A stretch of DNA of 64,000 nucleotides from Octopus sinensis (GCF_006345805.1 NC_043013.1:57164001-57228000), one strand, 5' to 3'. Shown: positions 42,836 through 55,408, counted from the first letter of the stretch. Numbers and translations: made by a program. Notes: a model not told the origin generated them from the letters alone.

Positions 42836-42837
<2 letters not shown>
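40057..42837 (+). mobile_element. R4/Dong-clade non-LTR retrotransposon, copy D (family 1), 5'-truncated, ORF still open
   Basis: RT motifs ([38 protein letters not shown]), CCHC knuckle CRVCKQQNETIDHVVSKC and restriction-like endonuclease RPDII..LIDMTV..K..KY. 3' UTR 42625-42837 is followed by (TAA)n at 42838-42908. Confidence 0.93.
40060..42624 (+). CDS. RT / zinc-knuckle / RLE polyprotein of copy D (854 aa from first ATG after the TAA tract; lacks N-terminal DNA-binding region)
   Basis: Uninterrupted frame in the ORF track (39727-42624). The first ~111 codons are 3' UTR of copy C plus microsatellite. QGDS motif reads QGGS and there is a 1-codon insertion (LYLPPRK), so activity is doubtful. 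Confidence 0.7.
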   Translation: MKRERYEKRVRFFKDNNMFKNNTKNFYRKIGKTAFTAGSVPSKEEVQRFGNKIWAEEKTHNEKAPWIDRISTELDPLEEQKWEGVKVEDIRSALRRSSKWKSPGKDKIPNFWLNAFPESHELLRELYNDVLQHPSRMPPWLVNGLTFLLPKSEETNEPKNYRPITCLTTMYKTLTSVLTEYTYSFLTDSSIFPNEQKGCKRGSYGCKDQLLINKMILEDCHKRHKNLSIAWIDYKKAFDSLPHSWIRKCLEMYKIAPTLRNFLTVSMRSWRTTLTLNSDSESLNAGDVKISCGIFQGGSLSPLLFCLSLIPLSKLLNDAQYGYKMFDKNINHLVYMDDLKLFAKNDQQLKGLLAIVKQFSDDIRMQFGLDKCAMATFIKGKMTETSNVNLDQQNVIKALDPAESYKYLGIIEGNGIRHSEMKERIRRECYRRVRAILKTELNARNMIEAINALAIPVVTYSFNIVNWSITEICQLDRKIRKLLTMHRMHHPKADTERLYLPPRKEGGRGLLQLAITMKIATIGLDIYLKNSEDWMLKLVSKHENKKASYSVTKQAKEYLSEFRIQPISELEIDIQETSTEKARRMKTRAKTAALDILNNKWQEKPLYGKYPKRANNADIDKALTHQWLMASGLKSETEGFIIAAQDQCLPTRNYQANILKIRSSPTCRVCKQQNETIDHVVSKCSLLAPTEYLNRHDRAAQYIHWVICKNLDLPHEKNWWEHKPPPVLENDHISLLWNFTIQTDRKIDANRPDIILKNFKQRTCLLIDMTVQIDINVSVKTYQKLSKYKDLEIEISKMWKLKTKTIPVVIGALGMIAKGADSYLTQIPGNPKMAEVQKIVLMGTAHILRKILSM

Positions 42838-42908
<71 letters not shown>
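42838..42908. repeat. (TAA)n microsatellite after copy D
   Basis: Direct reading. Confidence 0.95.
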
Positions 42909-42962
42909 TGGTTCCAAGAATTCAAGACATGGAGGACAATATCGAAGGACGAGTTGCAGCAG

Positions 42963-43058
42963 ACACATAAAACACACATAAAACACACATAAAACACACA
43001 TAAAACACACATAAAACACACATAAAACACACATAAAACACACATAAAACACACATAA
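42963..43058. repeat. 11-bp minisatellite ACACATAAAAC, about 9 copies
   Basis: Perfect period-11 array. Confidence 0.95.
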
Positions 43059-43759
43059 ATTACAAAAACATGTGGGATTAAAATCGATCAAGGGGAGATA
43101 ATACGATATTAAAGAAAATAAGAGAGGAAAGGATTGGTGGCGGAAATGTGAATCGTCTCTGACTCATCGTCTTGGCTTATATGTTACCAACGACGTGAAA
43201 TTGTTTCCCCTATATTTTACGTATAATATTTTTACAATAAAAATTTTGCCTTCTGGTATGAAATTGTGACCATGTAAATTTTAAAATGTAATTTTTTTGT
43301 GTGTTAAAGGAGAAATGGAAAATAAGAGTGGATATGTGTTCTATGAGAGCTGTGTATTAAGTCTATAAAATTGTGTATAAAGTGCATTAAGTGATCATCG
43401 TATTCCAATTTTCCTCACTTTTCAATGATTTACAGATGAGCGACTATCTCTTGATTGGAGACACAACAGCTATTCTTTCAGTTTTTTTGTTTGTTTTTTT
43501 TGGAAAACGTTTTCAGAACTAACCCAATACGTTTATCAATAATTCTGTGAAATATTCACAGGTCCTACTAGAAATAATAATCTTGAATCTCTTACTGATT
43601 AAAAATGAAAATTATTGCATCAGTTTATGTTAGTTCAAAGTTAAATAATTTATGTTTTTTTTTATGGCGGTTGATAATATTTCCATTGAGATGATAAAAT
43701 AGAACAAGGACTTATTGATATAAAGAAATTCTCTCCAATATAGAGACAATACAAGAAAT

Positions 43760-43900
43760 TCCGGGTGGGGGAGGGTTCAGTCAATTAAACAACCCCGAAT
43801 ATTTAACTGGTACTTCATTTTCATCGATATTAGAATAACAAAAGTCAACTTCACTTGAGCGGAATTTGAACCCCGAATATATCGAGCCAGATCAGATACT
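43760..43900 (-). mobile_element. Family A SINE, strongly diverged
   Basis: AACTGGTACTTCATTT..AAAGTCAAC..GGCGGAATTTGAACCC-like sequence. Confidence 0.55.
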
Positions 43901-44365
43901 GCAAACGGGCCAATGAACTGCCGCAGATTTGATTATTTTATCAACCCAGCCCCAGGGGGAAATGAAAAACAAAATGAAGGTCAGAGGGATTAGTGTGTAG
44001 AACTCAAAAAAGTGGAACAACACCCGCAAGACATTTTGTTTGGCGCTCTACCGCTTCTGTAGAGATGATAATTGTTGTGTTTATGATAACAGTTTCGAAT
44101 TTTGGATTTATATGGTGATTGATTACTTAATTACTAGTGGCTGTTTTTTAAAATTAATTTTTGTAATTGCACTTGTTAGAGTAATAATTGTGATTATAAT
44201 AGGGGTTGGTGTTAATATTTGACTAATTGGGGATAGCAATTGCAATAATAACCTTCGTCGTCATCATTATCATCAGTGTCATCATCATCATCATCACTCT
44301 CATCATTATTATTATCATTTATTTTTGTTGACATTGTTGTTATCATTTGTTTTATAATCCTAATT

Positions 44366-44396
<31 letters not shown>

Positions 44397-46754
44397 GTAT
44401 CGACATCATCATCATCGTCATATATTTTTGATGTCATTGTTGCTGTTAATATGATCATTTTATTATCCTAATCATCGTCATCATCCTTCACCATCATCAC
44501 CATCATCATCATCACCCATCATTATCATCATAACCCTCATCATCAATTTTCCTCATTATTGCTATCTTCATCATAATTATCACTATAATTTTCATTAATA
44601 TTTCAAAACATTTCTCAGTGCATTGGCACTGAAAAAAGTTGAGAGAGAGAGAGAGAGAAAAGAGAGAGAGAGAGAGAGGAGAGAAAGCGGGAGAATGGGG
44701 GAGAAAATAAAGGAAGAAAGCGATCAAAAGCGAAATATTATTCTAATTCTGCTCACGCTGATATAATGATATCGCCGAACTAAATTAGACTCGTAGTTAA
44801 CCGGGTGCTAACATACTTGGCGTAGTTCATCATGAAATATCTGTTTATAAACATTTACACACTGAGTGAGAAGAAAAAGACTCTAAGATAGATTTAGCCA
44901 TGATTAGATGTGTCTAAGCAACAAAGAGGAGATAACCTTGGAATTTAAACTCAAACATAAATAAACAAGAAATGCAGAGAAAAATTGACCAGTATTGTAA
45001 TATGTTTCAGCCTAATTATTTCTCGTCAGTATAGTGTTATTGTAACTTCCAAACACGGTGATATGTCTGTCAGTATGCAATTTTTAGTTATGTTTGAGGT
45101 TGATTCTGATGAATACTTGAAAGTATTTTGCGTAATTAAATAATTTATTTAAAATCCCGGGTAATTGATTTTGTTAACTGTTAATTGATACATATTTTAT
45201 ATGGTATTGATCTCGGCCAGCTATGGAAGTCAAGGAATGCTTGACCCATAGGTGAAACATTGAAGGGTTTCCTTTGTAACTCTGTGGCTTTAAGTTGAGT
45301 CCTACTCTACAATATTCCTGAAAAGTGTGTTCTGCCATAGCATCAGTTTGATTATAAAGTGTGTAAGAGTTGGTCGTGTGTTTCTGAGGTTGTGCTTCTG
45401 CGTTTGTCTGCAGGAATCCTTTTCTCATGTGTGTGTGTGCTTTTTTTTTATTTTCCAATTCTCTGTGTACCTAACGATTTATATCCGCTTATAGTTACAA
45501 ACCTCGGCAACAAAGCCGAAAATAATGGTGCCTAAAAACGGAGTTTCTTGTTTCAGCTATCCTTGCTTCTGTTGTCTTAGAAATACTTTGAACCAGAGAT
45601 TGGCAGATTAGAAACCGGGTCCCATAAGGAATTCAAAAACAATATGTTTTAATGTGGAGTTGTTGTTGTTGTCGTGTACGTATAGCAAACACCAGTGAGA
45701 TGTATGTAGGTACGCCAGGGAACATTATGATAATTCTATCGTTGCTGTATCACGGAATATAATTTTTTGTGAAATATAATAGAGAATGAAAAACAAACAA
45801 AAAGGTTGGCGACGTTTTATGACTAGAAACAGAGTCGAGGGTTAATCCTTATTTGAATAACAAGAACAGCAGCGACGTCTTAGATTATAGCGAAGCCATC
45901 AGGGTAGACACTCGATGCTAAGTTGACAGTGTGGCATGCATTGAATAGCGTTGACAATAGGACGGGTTGACTGGACATGGTCTAAGGTTAAATAACAATA
46001 GCAATATGCACATCGTAACCACAACACACATAACCACAACAGCCACAGCAAAACAAACAGCACAACAGCAGCAAATACAACAACATCTACCACCACCATA
46101 ACAACAATAAACTCGACAACAACAATATTGATTAAGCAAATCTCAGAAGAATTACAGGAATCAGACAGACATCATCTCCTACAGGGAAAAACAGTAACTT
46201 TGATAAGCTAAAAAAAAATAACCTCAACATGATCTTCTGATATACGGGAAATAGCAGCTAAATCCCATTTAGATTATATCCATAACCACCAATAAATGAT
46301 GGGATACATTGGTAATATTTTAAATTTAATCTGGAGGAAATGGCAGAGCCAATCGTGTGTGCAGTCCGCCTGGGGCTTGTGAGGCTGATGCATTCGATAT
46401 TAAAGTATTATTAGTCAAAGACTGAAGGAAAGATGTTAGGGTTTGGAATATGAGGCGGTTCAACATTGTTGGGGAGAAGGTTTAACGTAGTCCTAGATAT
46501 GAAGTGTCTGAGTTAGGAAGGAGATTATGTCATGGATGGAAGACGTCTTTGAACATGCGTCTGTTTAATCATAGTTGTCGTGATGGTGCTAAGCAACAGC
46601 ATCATAAATGAATAATTAAATAGATTCGATTGAAAGACCCAGTCATTGACTGGGGTTTACAGATTACCGAAGTCAGTAAGAAGACTAATCCCTGGCTAGA
46701 ATTACAGTCTGGTTCTGATATATAAAAGAAGAATTTGATGGCAAAATACTTTGA

Positions 46755-46756
46755 TC

Positions 46757-46817
<61 letters not shown>
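46755..46817. repeat. (CT)n microsatellite
   Basis: Direct reading. Confidence 0.95.
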
Positions 46818-46818
<1 letters not shown>

Positions 46819-46934
46819 GGAATAGAGTTCATGTTTCGTCGTTACTGGTACCTTGTAACCCAGCACAACTAGTCTTATGATCGTATGGTCGGTAACTTAA
46901 CTGGCCCATCCTCATCACTGCCTAGAAATTTTTG

Positions 46935-47177
46935 CTTCAAGCTACGGCTCTTTGGCCACGTTATGCGCCGAGATGGACTTGAACGATCATAACTGGCAAG
47001 GTGGACGGCAGCCGTAAAAGAGGCAGACCACCCACTTCTTGGCTGAAGGACATTGCAGTCACAGGATTGTCTTTATTCTCAGCTGTCCATGGGGTAGAAG
47101 AGGACAGGGGAAGGTGGCAAGACATCATGATGACCACAGCATCGCATAGTGTGACCCCTGACTAGGATGATGATGAA
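46935..47177 (+). mobile_element. RTE-BovB-like LINE 3' end
   Basis: KLRLFGHVMRRDGLE..IITGKVDGSRKRGRPPTSWLKDI..DRGRWQDI followed by a (GAT)n tail. Confidence 0.8.
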
Positions 47178-47475
47178 TCCCTTCAAATGTACTCACTCTT
47201 TTAAAAAGGGAAGGTTTTATTACTAATGCTATTTTAGATACTGCTTATAGCCACTTTAATGCAGCTGCCCTGTAAGAGATGACGACACTACGATTTAACC
47301 CCAGGAAGACATCTCCACCTGTTGGTTTTTTTCAGTGCGCTTCTCGTACCCGATAAGCGGGAGATGACTATTGCCACCCGAGGTTCAAGACCATCAAACC
47401 ACGTGGATTCGACCTGTATTGGATTTCCTCGGTGGAGGTAATCATTGCTAGGTATGGCACCAGATTAACCTTGCT

Positions 47476-47513
<38 letters not shown>

Positions 47514-47589
47514 GAAAGTCACAGTGTCATACAATCACTGATTTTGTAACTAGGTAACTAGTCCGTTAAAAAATCTGTATACGTATCCG

Positions 47590-47920
47590 GGATATATATA
47601 TAAACGGCAAAATGTCTGTGTGTGTATCCTTTATACAAATCCACAATTTTCAGTTAGAGGGCTCGCACTTTCTATGGTAATTTAAAACCGTCCGAGGGTG
47701 GTCGTGCATATCTTTACATTTCCCCTGTTACCCCGCAAAGCCATTAAAAACTTCAATAGAATTGCCTTTTTTGTGAATTTTCTATCCAAAGCCCAATCCA
47801 AATGCCCGAAACTTGATACGCCAATTGAATGCCAGTTAGCTGTATGTGATTGGTCGGAGATTTGGACAGTACTCGCATGTATGTGTGCACGCACGCAGCT
47901 GTATATGCACGCATTAGCAC
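47590..47920 (+). mobile_element. Interspersed repeat, possibly a Helitron-like 5' portion
   Basis: ATATATATAAACGGCAAAATGTCTGTGTGTGT opening resembles non-autonomous Helitron starts. No TC start or 3' hairpin found. Confidence 0.25.
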
Positions 47921-48353
47921 TATGAGAAAGAAATAGCTAGAAGCTCTGTGATCATGTGACACTTCTACCAGTGTTGACGTACACCTAATGAATAACAACA
48001 GCTGCATCCATATCCTATATTATACTTAAGCCACCGAAATATTCATATGATAACTTGATCTGCTACAAATAGCGGCCAAATTTTCCTCAAAATACCGTAT
48101 TTCCTTTGAGGAAAAGAAGGACACTATTGATAATATTGTAGCAGCAGGAACGCCTTCGGCCATGGGGTCAGTTATTTAAGGTCTGCCCATGGGCTAAACA
48201 ACAGCAATTCCTATAATGTAGATATATCTGATGTGATAAGTTTTATGGGTTACTGCCAGGAATTTAATGTACTAAATAATAATACATACATACACGTATT
48301 ATACACTCACATATATATATGCAAATGCATAAATATATATATATATATAATAT

Positions 48354-48418
<65 letters not shown>

Positions 48419-49504
48419 CGTATATATGTATATATATATGTATGCATGTATGAATGTAAGTATATATGAGTGCGTGTTTGTATCTATATATGTATGTTTA
48501 TATGTGTGTATGTATATATGGAGGAGCGAACAAGTGAATATATGCACGCGGTTTATGTACTAATAAATGTTCGTAGTGTAAAGACACGTATGTATTAATG
48601 TATATACGTGTATATATAAGTATCTATAAATATAAGTATGTATATGTGTGTGTGTGTGCGTGCGAGTGTATAAATATTTGCTCAATCAGAGCGAACCGGT
48701 GCGAATCACACACAAAAAATAAGCCACGATAATAAAGTTGGCTAAGTATCATATAATCACAAATACTAATTTACTAAACACTATTTTTACTAATTATATA
48801 TAATTGTAACTTCCAGTAAGAGATCTTGTAATAAAAGTAAATGGAGAGTTATGCATCAAGTGTGGAGGGGGCATTATACGTAAAGCGTCTGTTTTGTTGG
48901 TTGTTGTTCTTGTTGTTGATGCGACTGGTGTGCTAATAATCAATACTAAGTGACTGTTGGTGCTTTATGTCAGTGAAATGTAGCTTAACGAACCTTAAAT
49001 ATCTCACATTTTATGACTGAACTCTCTTTAAATACTGTAAAGTACTCGACGACTTTAGACCAATGAGACAGAAATGAAGCCTCCATGAGTCTGCGGTATT
49101 TGCTAGAAAGAGCAGTCATACTAATCACATATCATTTCAAAGGATGGCTTCGTTGGACATTACTGTCCCCAAAACTTCATTTCTCACTTGATATTGATAT
49201 TGTGCCATGCCTCTGCTAATTATTTTCAGTTCCTCTGTGTAGAACATAGTTGACATAGCTATTCTGTCACCCGTCTGGCGTTTGACCCTTTCAGCCATTC
49301 AGGATGGGAGAGCTGAAAGGAGTGAGAACTACGCCAAGGCTCAGTTGATACTCGTTTCACCTGAGTAGCTTTTAAGATGCGATGCTTGGACAACATTGCT
49401 AAATCCCGATAGTCACTTTTAACAGTTGTCTGAAGATTCGAATGTGTATAGCTATCGTAGATATCATTAACGATTATTATATCTCAGTATCAATCAAACA
49501 TTAG

Positions 49505-49737
49505 ATGTTGTTGTGATGGTCACAATGCTTATTCGCTTTGTCTTAGCTTTCGAATGAAAACCACTCCACCGGATGGGCGAGCAGGCCAGCATCCCTCTTG
49601 ATCAGAAGACAAGTCCAGTGAACTGGGGCAACAGGAAACGAAGTGTTTTGCCCAAGAATAAACCACGCCACTCGGACCAGGAATCGACCCTACAATCTAA
49701 CAGACATGAGTGCAACACCCGTAACCACTGAGCCACT
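49505..49737 (-). mobile_element. tRNA-derived SINE (family D)
   Basis: Minus strand: TGGCTCAGTGG A-box, GGGTCGATTCC B-box, TCTTGGGCAAAACACTT core-like segment. Confidence 0.6.
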
Positions 49738-49779
49738 TACGAAACTTGCGAAGATGCAACTTACGAAATGTGTACGTAG

Positions 49780-49965
49780 CTGCTAGAAATAACTACCAAC
49801 TCCCCTCAGATCCCAAGTGCTATAAACGTGAGATGACACATTTGACAATTTAGTCTCTTTTGTATAAAATTTGAATTTAAATCTGATTATGAGACTACAA
49901 TCATAAATCGTTTGTTTAAGTCAGTCGTGTAAATTCTGGGAGATTTGGTTGTTATTTCTTGCAAG
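49780..49965. mobile_element. MITE-like unit bounded by imperfect ~26-bp inverted repeats
   Basis: CTGCTAGAAATAACTACCAACTCCC ... GGGAGATTTGGTTGTTATTTCTTGCAAG. The same motif recurs singly near 2575, 3236, 4933, 5424, 11296, 46246 and 48063. Confidence 0.45.
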
Positions 49966-49992
49966 TTAGAAGGGGGATATTTCTATCCATCC

Positions 49993-50044
<52 letters not shown>

Positions 50045-50599
50045 ACTAATTGTAATTAAATATTCAATTAGGGAAAAGATCAGCTTTGATGGTATTTGAC
50101 AGGCGATCCATATGCAATTAGATTTTCAAGACTGTAACCATAGCAACAAATTTGAGCAAAATTAGTTCAATTAAGGATATTCATGAAATAATTGGACTGT
50201 TTCTAGGTCTTTAACTTTTCTTTATGAAATTTCACACAAGCCAATAAGAGAACAATCTAAATCTACCTTCTACCGGTGACACATTGGGTGAAATGATTTA
50301 GACAAAAAAGGACAGGATGGTCGTTGCTGGAATGTCTTTCATCAGTGAACATCTAATCTTAAATAACAACAATAATGAATTATACTCTGAAAGCATATTA
50401 TTGTTGTGTAGCCCTCTTATACATATAGATCGGTAATCGATTCCATGCCTGGCCATCCCCTCTTATTTTGCAAATGCATACATTGTTACGTACATTTTTA
50501 TACAATCTACCATTTTTTTAAAGTTCTGTGATATAAAGATGATTCATTTGCTATTTTTAATAAACTGAGAGAACACAGAAGCTGTCCTGTGTCCTTCTT

Positions 50600-51330
50600 T
50601 TAATGTAAGATCGCTATGAGAAATGGTTTGAAGGTTGTCACTCCTTCAGCAAGATAAGAGAATTTTGCACATCAGTTTTTGATGCTAGGCGTAAAGCTAT
50701 TCCATTTACCCTCCCCGGGATTTGCGCTGGTTGTGTTCTGGAAACTGAGACCTGTTATTTTTGCTGTTTCAGTTGAGATTCATTATTTTTATTTCCTTAG
50801 TTTTTAGTTTTTACTAATTTTTCCAGTTCTTCCAAGCATTCGGCCTTAGAATAAGCTTTACTCAAACTACCTTGTAACATTGATCTACTGCTCTTTGCCT
50901 CGGTATCTTTGTATCTTTTACTGGACACATTCCTATATGATCCTGTGAACATCGGCGATTATTAGGACTTGCAAGTCCATTTTGATACTTCCTGCCCACA
51001 TGTCAACTTTCATTAAACCTGCATGGACTGCTGTGCCTTGCTGCATCATAAAAGTCATCACAAGCCATATTTCTGTCCAATTATGTTTGACAATTTTAGC
51101 CAACGTTTTGAGAGTACAACAGCCAGTGCCATACGTTTTGTCTTTTCTTCCTGAGAGAATTTCTCCCAATATGCTCTGGAACGCTTCTATTACTTGACGT
51201 GAGAGACGACTTTGTTCGTTTCCCCCTTTTTTAAAACAGAGATAGAGAATTGTTCTTTCTGCTCTCTCCTGCAATATTTCCCGTGACAAAGAAATGCAGC
51301 AAGGCTTTGGAAAATTCTCTCAGGCATAAA
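50600..51330 (-). mobile_element. Possible highly decayed Ty3/Gypsy gag-protease fragment
   Basis: Across frames: LKTLAKIVK (gag-like), RRCSQDHIGMCPVKD (degenerate knuckle) and KDTEAKSS (DTGA-like). Many stops. Confidence 0.3.
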
Positions 51331-51519
51331 TTTCATGCGACTGTAACAGAACTACGATCGTACGCTGGTGTTGTATCGCAGGTTTGCATTCGTGCAAATT
51401 ATGGGTAAACTAATCATTGTATTTGAAGTCGTGTGAGTGTCGCTGCTGCCTTTAATCCTTTTAATACTGTCGTGGTTTTCCAAATTATCTGAGCATTTGA
51501 GCCATTCTTTTCAACTAAA

Positions 51520-51720
51520 TATTTGGCACAAGGCCAGCACGTTCGGGCGAGAGGGCAGGTTGATATCATTGACACCAGTGTTCAACTGGTACTTGTTTTA
51601 TCGAACCCGAACAGATGAATGGCAAGTTAACCTCAGTGATACTTGAACTCAGAACATAAAGACGGACGAAATGCCGCTAAACACTTTATCCGGCGGGCAA
51701 ACGATTGTGTCAGGTCGCTG
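51520..51720 (-). mobile_element. Family A SINE, diverged
   Basis: CAAGGCCAGCAC..AACTGGTACTTG..TTGAACTCAGAACATAAAGACGGACGAAATGCCGCTAA. Confidence 0.7.
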
Positions 51721-51777
51721 CAATCCATTTATGTCAACGATTTAACAAACTTGTTAAGCCATTAACCTCGTGTTTAT

Positions 51778-51786
51778 TGTAGTAGT

Positions 51787-51863
<77 letters not shown>
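51778..51863. repeat. (CAG)n/(TAG)n trinucleotide tract
   Basis: Direct reading. Confidence 0.95.
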
Positions 51864-51877
51864 AAGTGTCCGACTCC

Positions 51878-51975
51878 AACCGGATAAAATGAAAGTGAAA
51901 GTGAACTTCGGCGGAATTTGAACTCAGAACGTAATAAGCCGGAAGTAATGCCACTACACATTTTGTTCAACGCGC
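51878..51975 (-). mobile_element. Family A SINE head fragment
   Basis: AAAGTGAACTTCGGCGGAATTTGAACTCAGAACGTAA. Confidence 0.6.
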
Positions 51976-52202
51976 TTGCGCCTCAGTAACACACCCATCC
52001 ATCACTACATGCATAAATACAGGCATATATATATATATATACATATACGCGTGCATACATAGAAGAATAATTAATATATAATAACTGGAATATAATTGAC
52101 AACTTCTGTGGTTCGAATTATTTGTAAATGATTCGCGGCGAAAATGAAACAGTGAATGTGTAGTTGTATGTTTGTGTGTGTGTGTGTGTGATTGGTGAGC
52201 TA

Positions 52203-52239
<37 letters not shown>

Positions 52240-53749
52240 TACTTATGCAGTAAGAAATACATTTCACTACTAAATCAATCAATTCTCCTCCTCCTTCTCC
52301 TCATAATCAATAACAACACTGCCTCTACCCGGCACCTCCCACCGCAACCACCTACCCCTCATCCACCCCGCCACAATCACTTCTGCCTCTTCTCTATCGC
52401 CTGAAGACCAAACCAGCTAATACTATTAATTCTCCTACCATTATACCTATTGTCATGTCGACAGTAATTGTATCAACAGTCTATCTCCCTTACAGCTATT
52501 CTATCGACGAGAGGCGGTTGTAGCCTTCGGCAAGCTATTTAACTCTACTTTACTAAGTTTTCTTTTATAATTACCAAATCATTATTTCATCAACAAAACA
52601 TGAGCACCTGAGATGACGGGGTGGACGCTGGGTGGGGCCCTCTTCATGGTGAGGAGTTACCAGCGATGTTGGGTTAAGAACTTACTTTGCAGTTCTCTTT
52701 ATAATTTCTTCTTCATGTCACAGACAATTTCACAGAAATGATAACATTTGGAAAATACATCTCAGCCACGACCCGTCACTAATCTTTATACGTCTGCGAC
52801 GCATGTGATTGTCACCACCTTAACCCCTCTCCCCACAACCACCACCACCACTATTACTGCCAACACCACCATCATTGCCATCATCCTTATATATCTGCTT
52901 TATTCTCTGTTTTACGCACGAAGGTAGGCTAATTCCGGGGCCCCCGACACCAGTAAGTTTGATATCTTCAAGCCGAAAGCCAGGCCCAACAATCTGTCTA
53001 TGTAGGACGTCGTTATGGCCAAAGAATTAACATTCTATATGTGGATCTTCAATGCATATTCTATTAACAAATCTTAAACTCATGACCGTCACCCATCTAT
53101 TATAGTTCAATCAAGGTAGATAAAGTGTTTCTTACTTTTGTAACAGTTACTGTATCTATGATATGTTGCAAGCGAAATGACCAAACATATTCCCACGAAA
53201 GCTGGTCTCTTTTGGAAAGTTTCCACCTAAAATTGTAATCATCGATATTCTATATATTCTATATATTCTATATATATATTACAAATATATTTGTAATGTT
53301 TTGTGCCGTGGCTGCTAGAGGAAGTATCTAGTCAGTAAAATGTTCTTCTATATACAATGACAGTTCGTTCTTCAGTAAATCTTCAATTCCTTTTATAATG
53401 TCTTCAGTTATATGACTCGAACACCCTTGTTAAGTGTTTTGCATAACAAGTCAAACGGATTTTTATTTTTGATTTGATGTATTCACTGATTAAGTTTGTC
53501 GCTGGATGCTGCGCAACTACGGTGCATATAAACAGTACACTATTCGTTAGATCCCTCTTTGGAGATCCGTTGATGAAGGCGAAACGTACGTTATGTGTCT
53601 ATGAAACACCGGCTGTTAAAATCCGTTGATGGTCCCAGAGTGGACCAGAAATTTAAAGGATTTGTATCCTTTTCATGTTCTCTGGATTTTGTATTATTTC
53701 TTTTTAAGTTGAAAGTTTAACAAAGGAATTTTTATATTTTCTTTTCCAG

Positions 53750-53866
53750 ATCTTCATAATGGTAATGTGCTAAAAATCGTAAAATTTTATGAAAATTACC
53801 ATTCCCATTCTGCAAGTTTAGCACAAGGAACATATAAAATATATTCTGCTATGGGAAGAACGACAT
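53750..53866 (+). CDS. Candidate internal coding exon of an unidentified host gene (phase 1-1, 117 nt)
   Basis: Acceptor TTTTTATATTTTCTTTTCCAG and donor AT|GTAAGT. The only open frame is xLHNGNVLKIVKFYENYHSHSASLAQGTYKIYSAMGRTT. Confidence 0.5.
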
Positions 53867-55157
53867 GTAAGTAGAGGAATCGCGATTTTGTCAGGTTTTA
53901 GGATTCCGTAATTGATGTACCATCTTCTGGAAAAAAACATTCTCTCCTTTAAGGAAGCCAAATATTCTGTAATTCAGGTCAGTTTTGACAAAAGATTTAA
54001 CTTGAAAACGTTCTTTTCAGTTAAGTATATCCCAAACTATCAAGCTTTGGTGATGAACATATTTTCGAATTTTTTTAAAAACAAAGTCCTGGCACTAAGC
54101 AATATAGCTTACATTACTTGCTCAACAATGAGAAGCAAATGGACTTCTAAACTCTTTCATAACGAGTGATAGATATCTTTCTTATTTAAATGATTTCGTT
54201 AATAAGAACTGCAGAATCTAAATCACAGGGTATTTGTGATCCATTCATGTATTGCGAATTTTTGGTTTTTAGGTTTTTTTTTCTTTTTCTTTTTCTGAAA
54301 TGAAGGCGACGCAGCAACATTCAGCCTGGGGCAGTGTGAGACCATGATTGAAAATTCTTAGTACTAAAATGCGAAACTTACTTGGGATGTAGTTTCAATA
54401 AGATCCAGCTACACTCTATACAGAAAAGTCCAAGATACCAGTGTTGAGACATTGTTTTAAAAATAGCGTAATTTCCAAGAATTTATAATTTAGTTGGATT
54501 GCACATTCCCCAAATCTGACTGTTTCAGAATATTTCCTGTGGGGATTTTTTAAAGAGTAGGTGTATATCAACAGAGCAAGAACGAAACATTAACTCAAAG
54601 TTCGGCTGCTTTCACCCAACGTTTTAAAAATCACCACGGAAACAAAAGATGGAGATTACGAGTTGCTTTTATCAATACACTAAACAAGTTTCCATTCTTT
54701 ATACAAGATTTGTAAATAAATAAAGACAACATAGTTATGGAATAAGGTAGTTATTAACCTTTTTCTTTAAGAACGCCCTTTGTCAGTATTTATATCAATA
54801 ACCAGTTTCGTTTTATATTCAAGTTTGTTGTTATTTTAGATGTATTTGTGTGTTATATGGGTATGTTTGTGTAGATATGTTCATCATGAGAGGAAAACAT
54901 TATATGGAAATATTATATCGTATGTTTTCTCACTCGTAAGAAAAAGACCTCTCATGACAATATTAAAGCAAAAACAAAACTTGTATACCCTGAGCGGTTC
55001 CCTCTCCTTAAAGGAAAACTTCGCCCTCTTTTCTATTTCTTAGTAAACTCTCTTTCTCTTGCTCTCTTACACCGAAAGCAACTGTAGGTGGTAGCACCAA
55101 CAGTGGCCAGTCAAATTCCACCCCGACCCTACATGTATATATTATTTTCCGTTTTTC

Positions 55158-55339
55158 TTTTACTTGTTCAAGTCATTTGACTGGAGCACCAGCTTCAGTC
55201 GAGCAAATCTACACCAGGACTATATTCTTTGTATCGGTCTCTTTTGCCGACCCGCTAAGTTACGGAGATGTAAACACATCAGCATTGGTTGTCAAGCGAT
55301 AGTGGGGGGGGGACAAACACAGACACACAAACACACACA

Positions 55340-55408
<69 letters not shown>

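Noticed and set aside
42963-43058. CRISPR-like array
   Set aside because: Contiguous 11-bp units with no spacers, in a eukaryotic context.
53278-53297. Perfect 20-bp palindrome ATTACAAATATATTTGTAAT
   Set aside because: AT-rich and adjacent to TA slippage repeats, so expected by chance.
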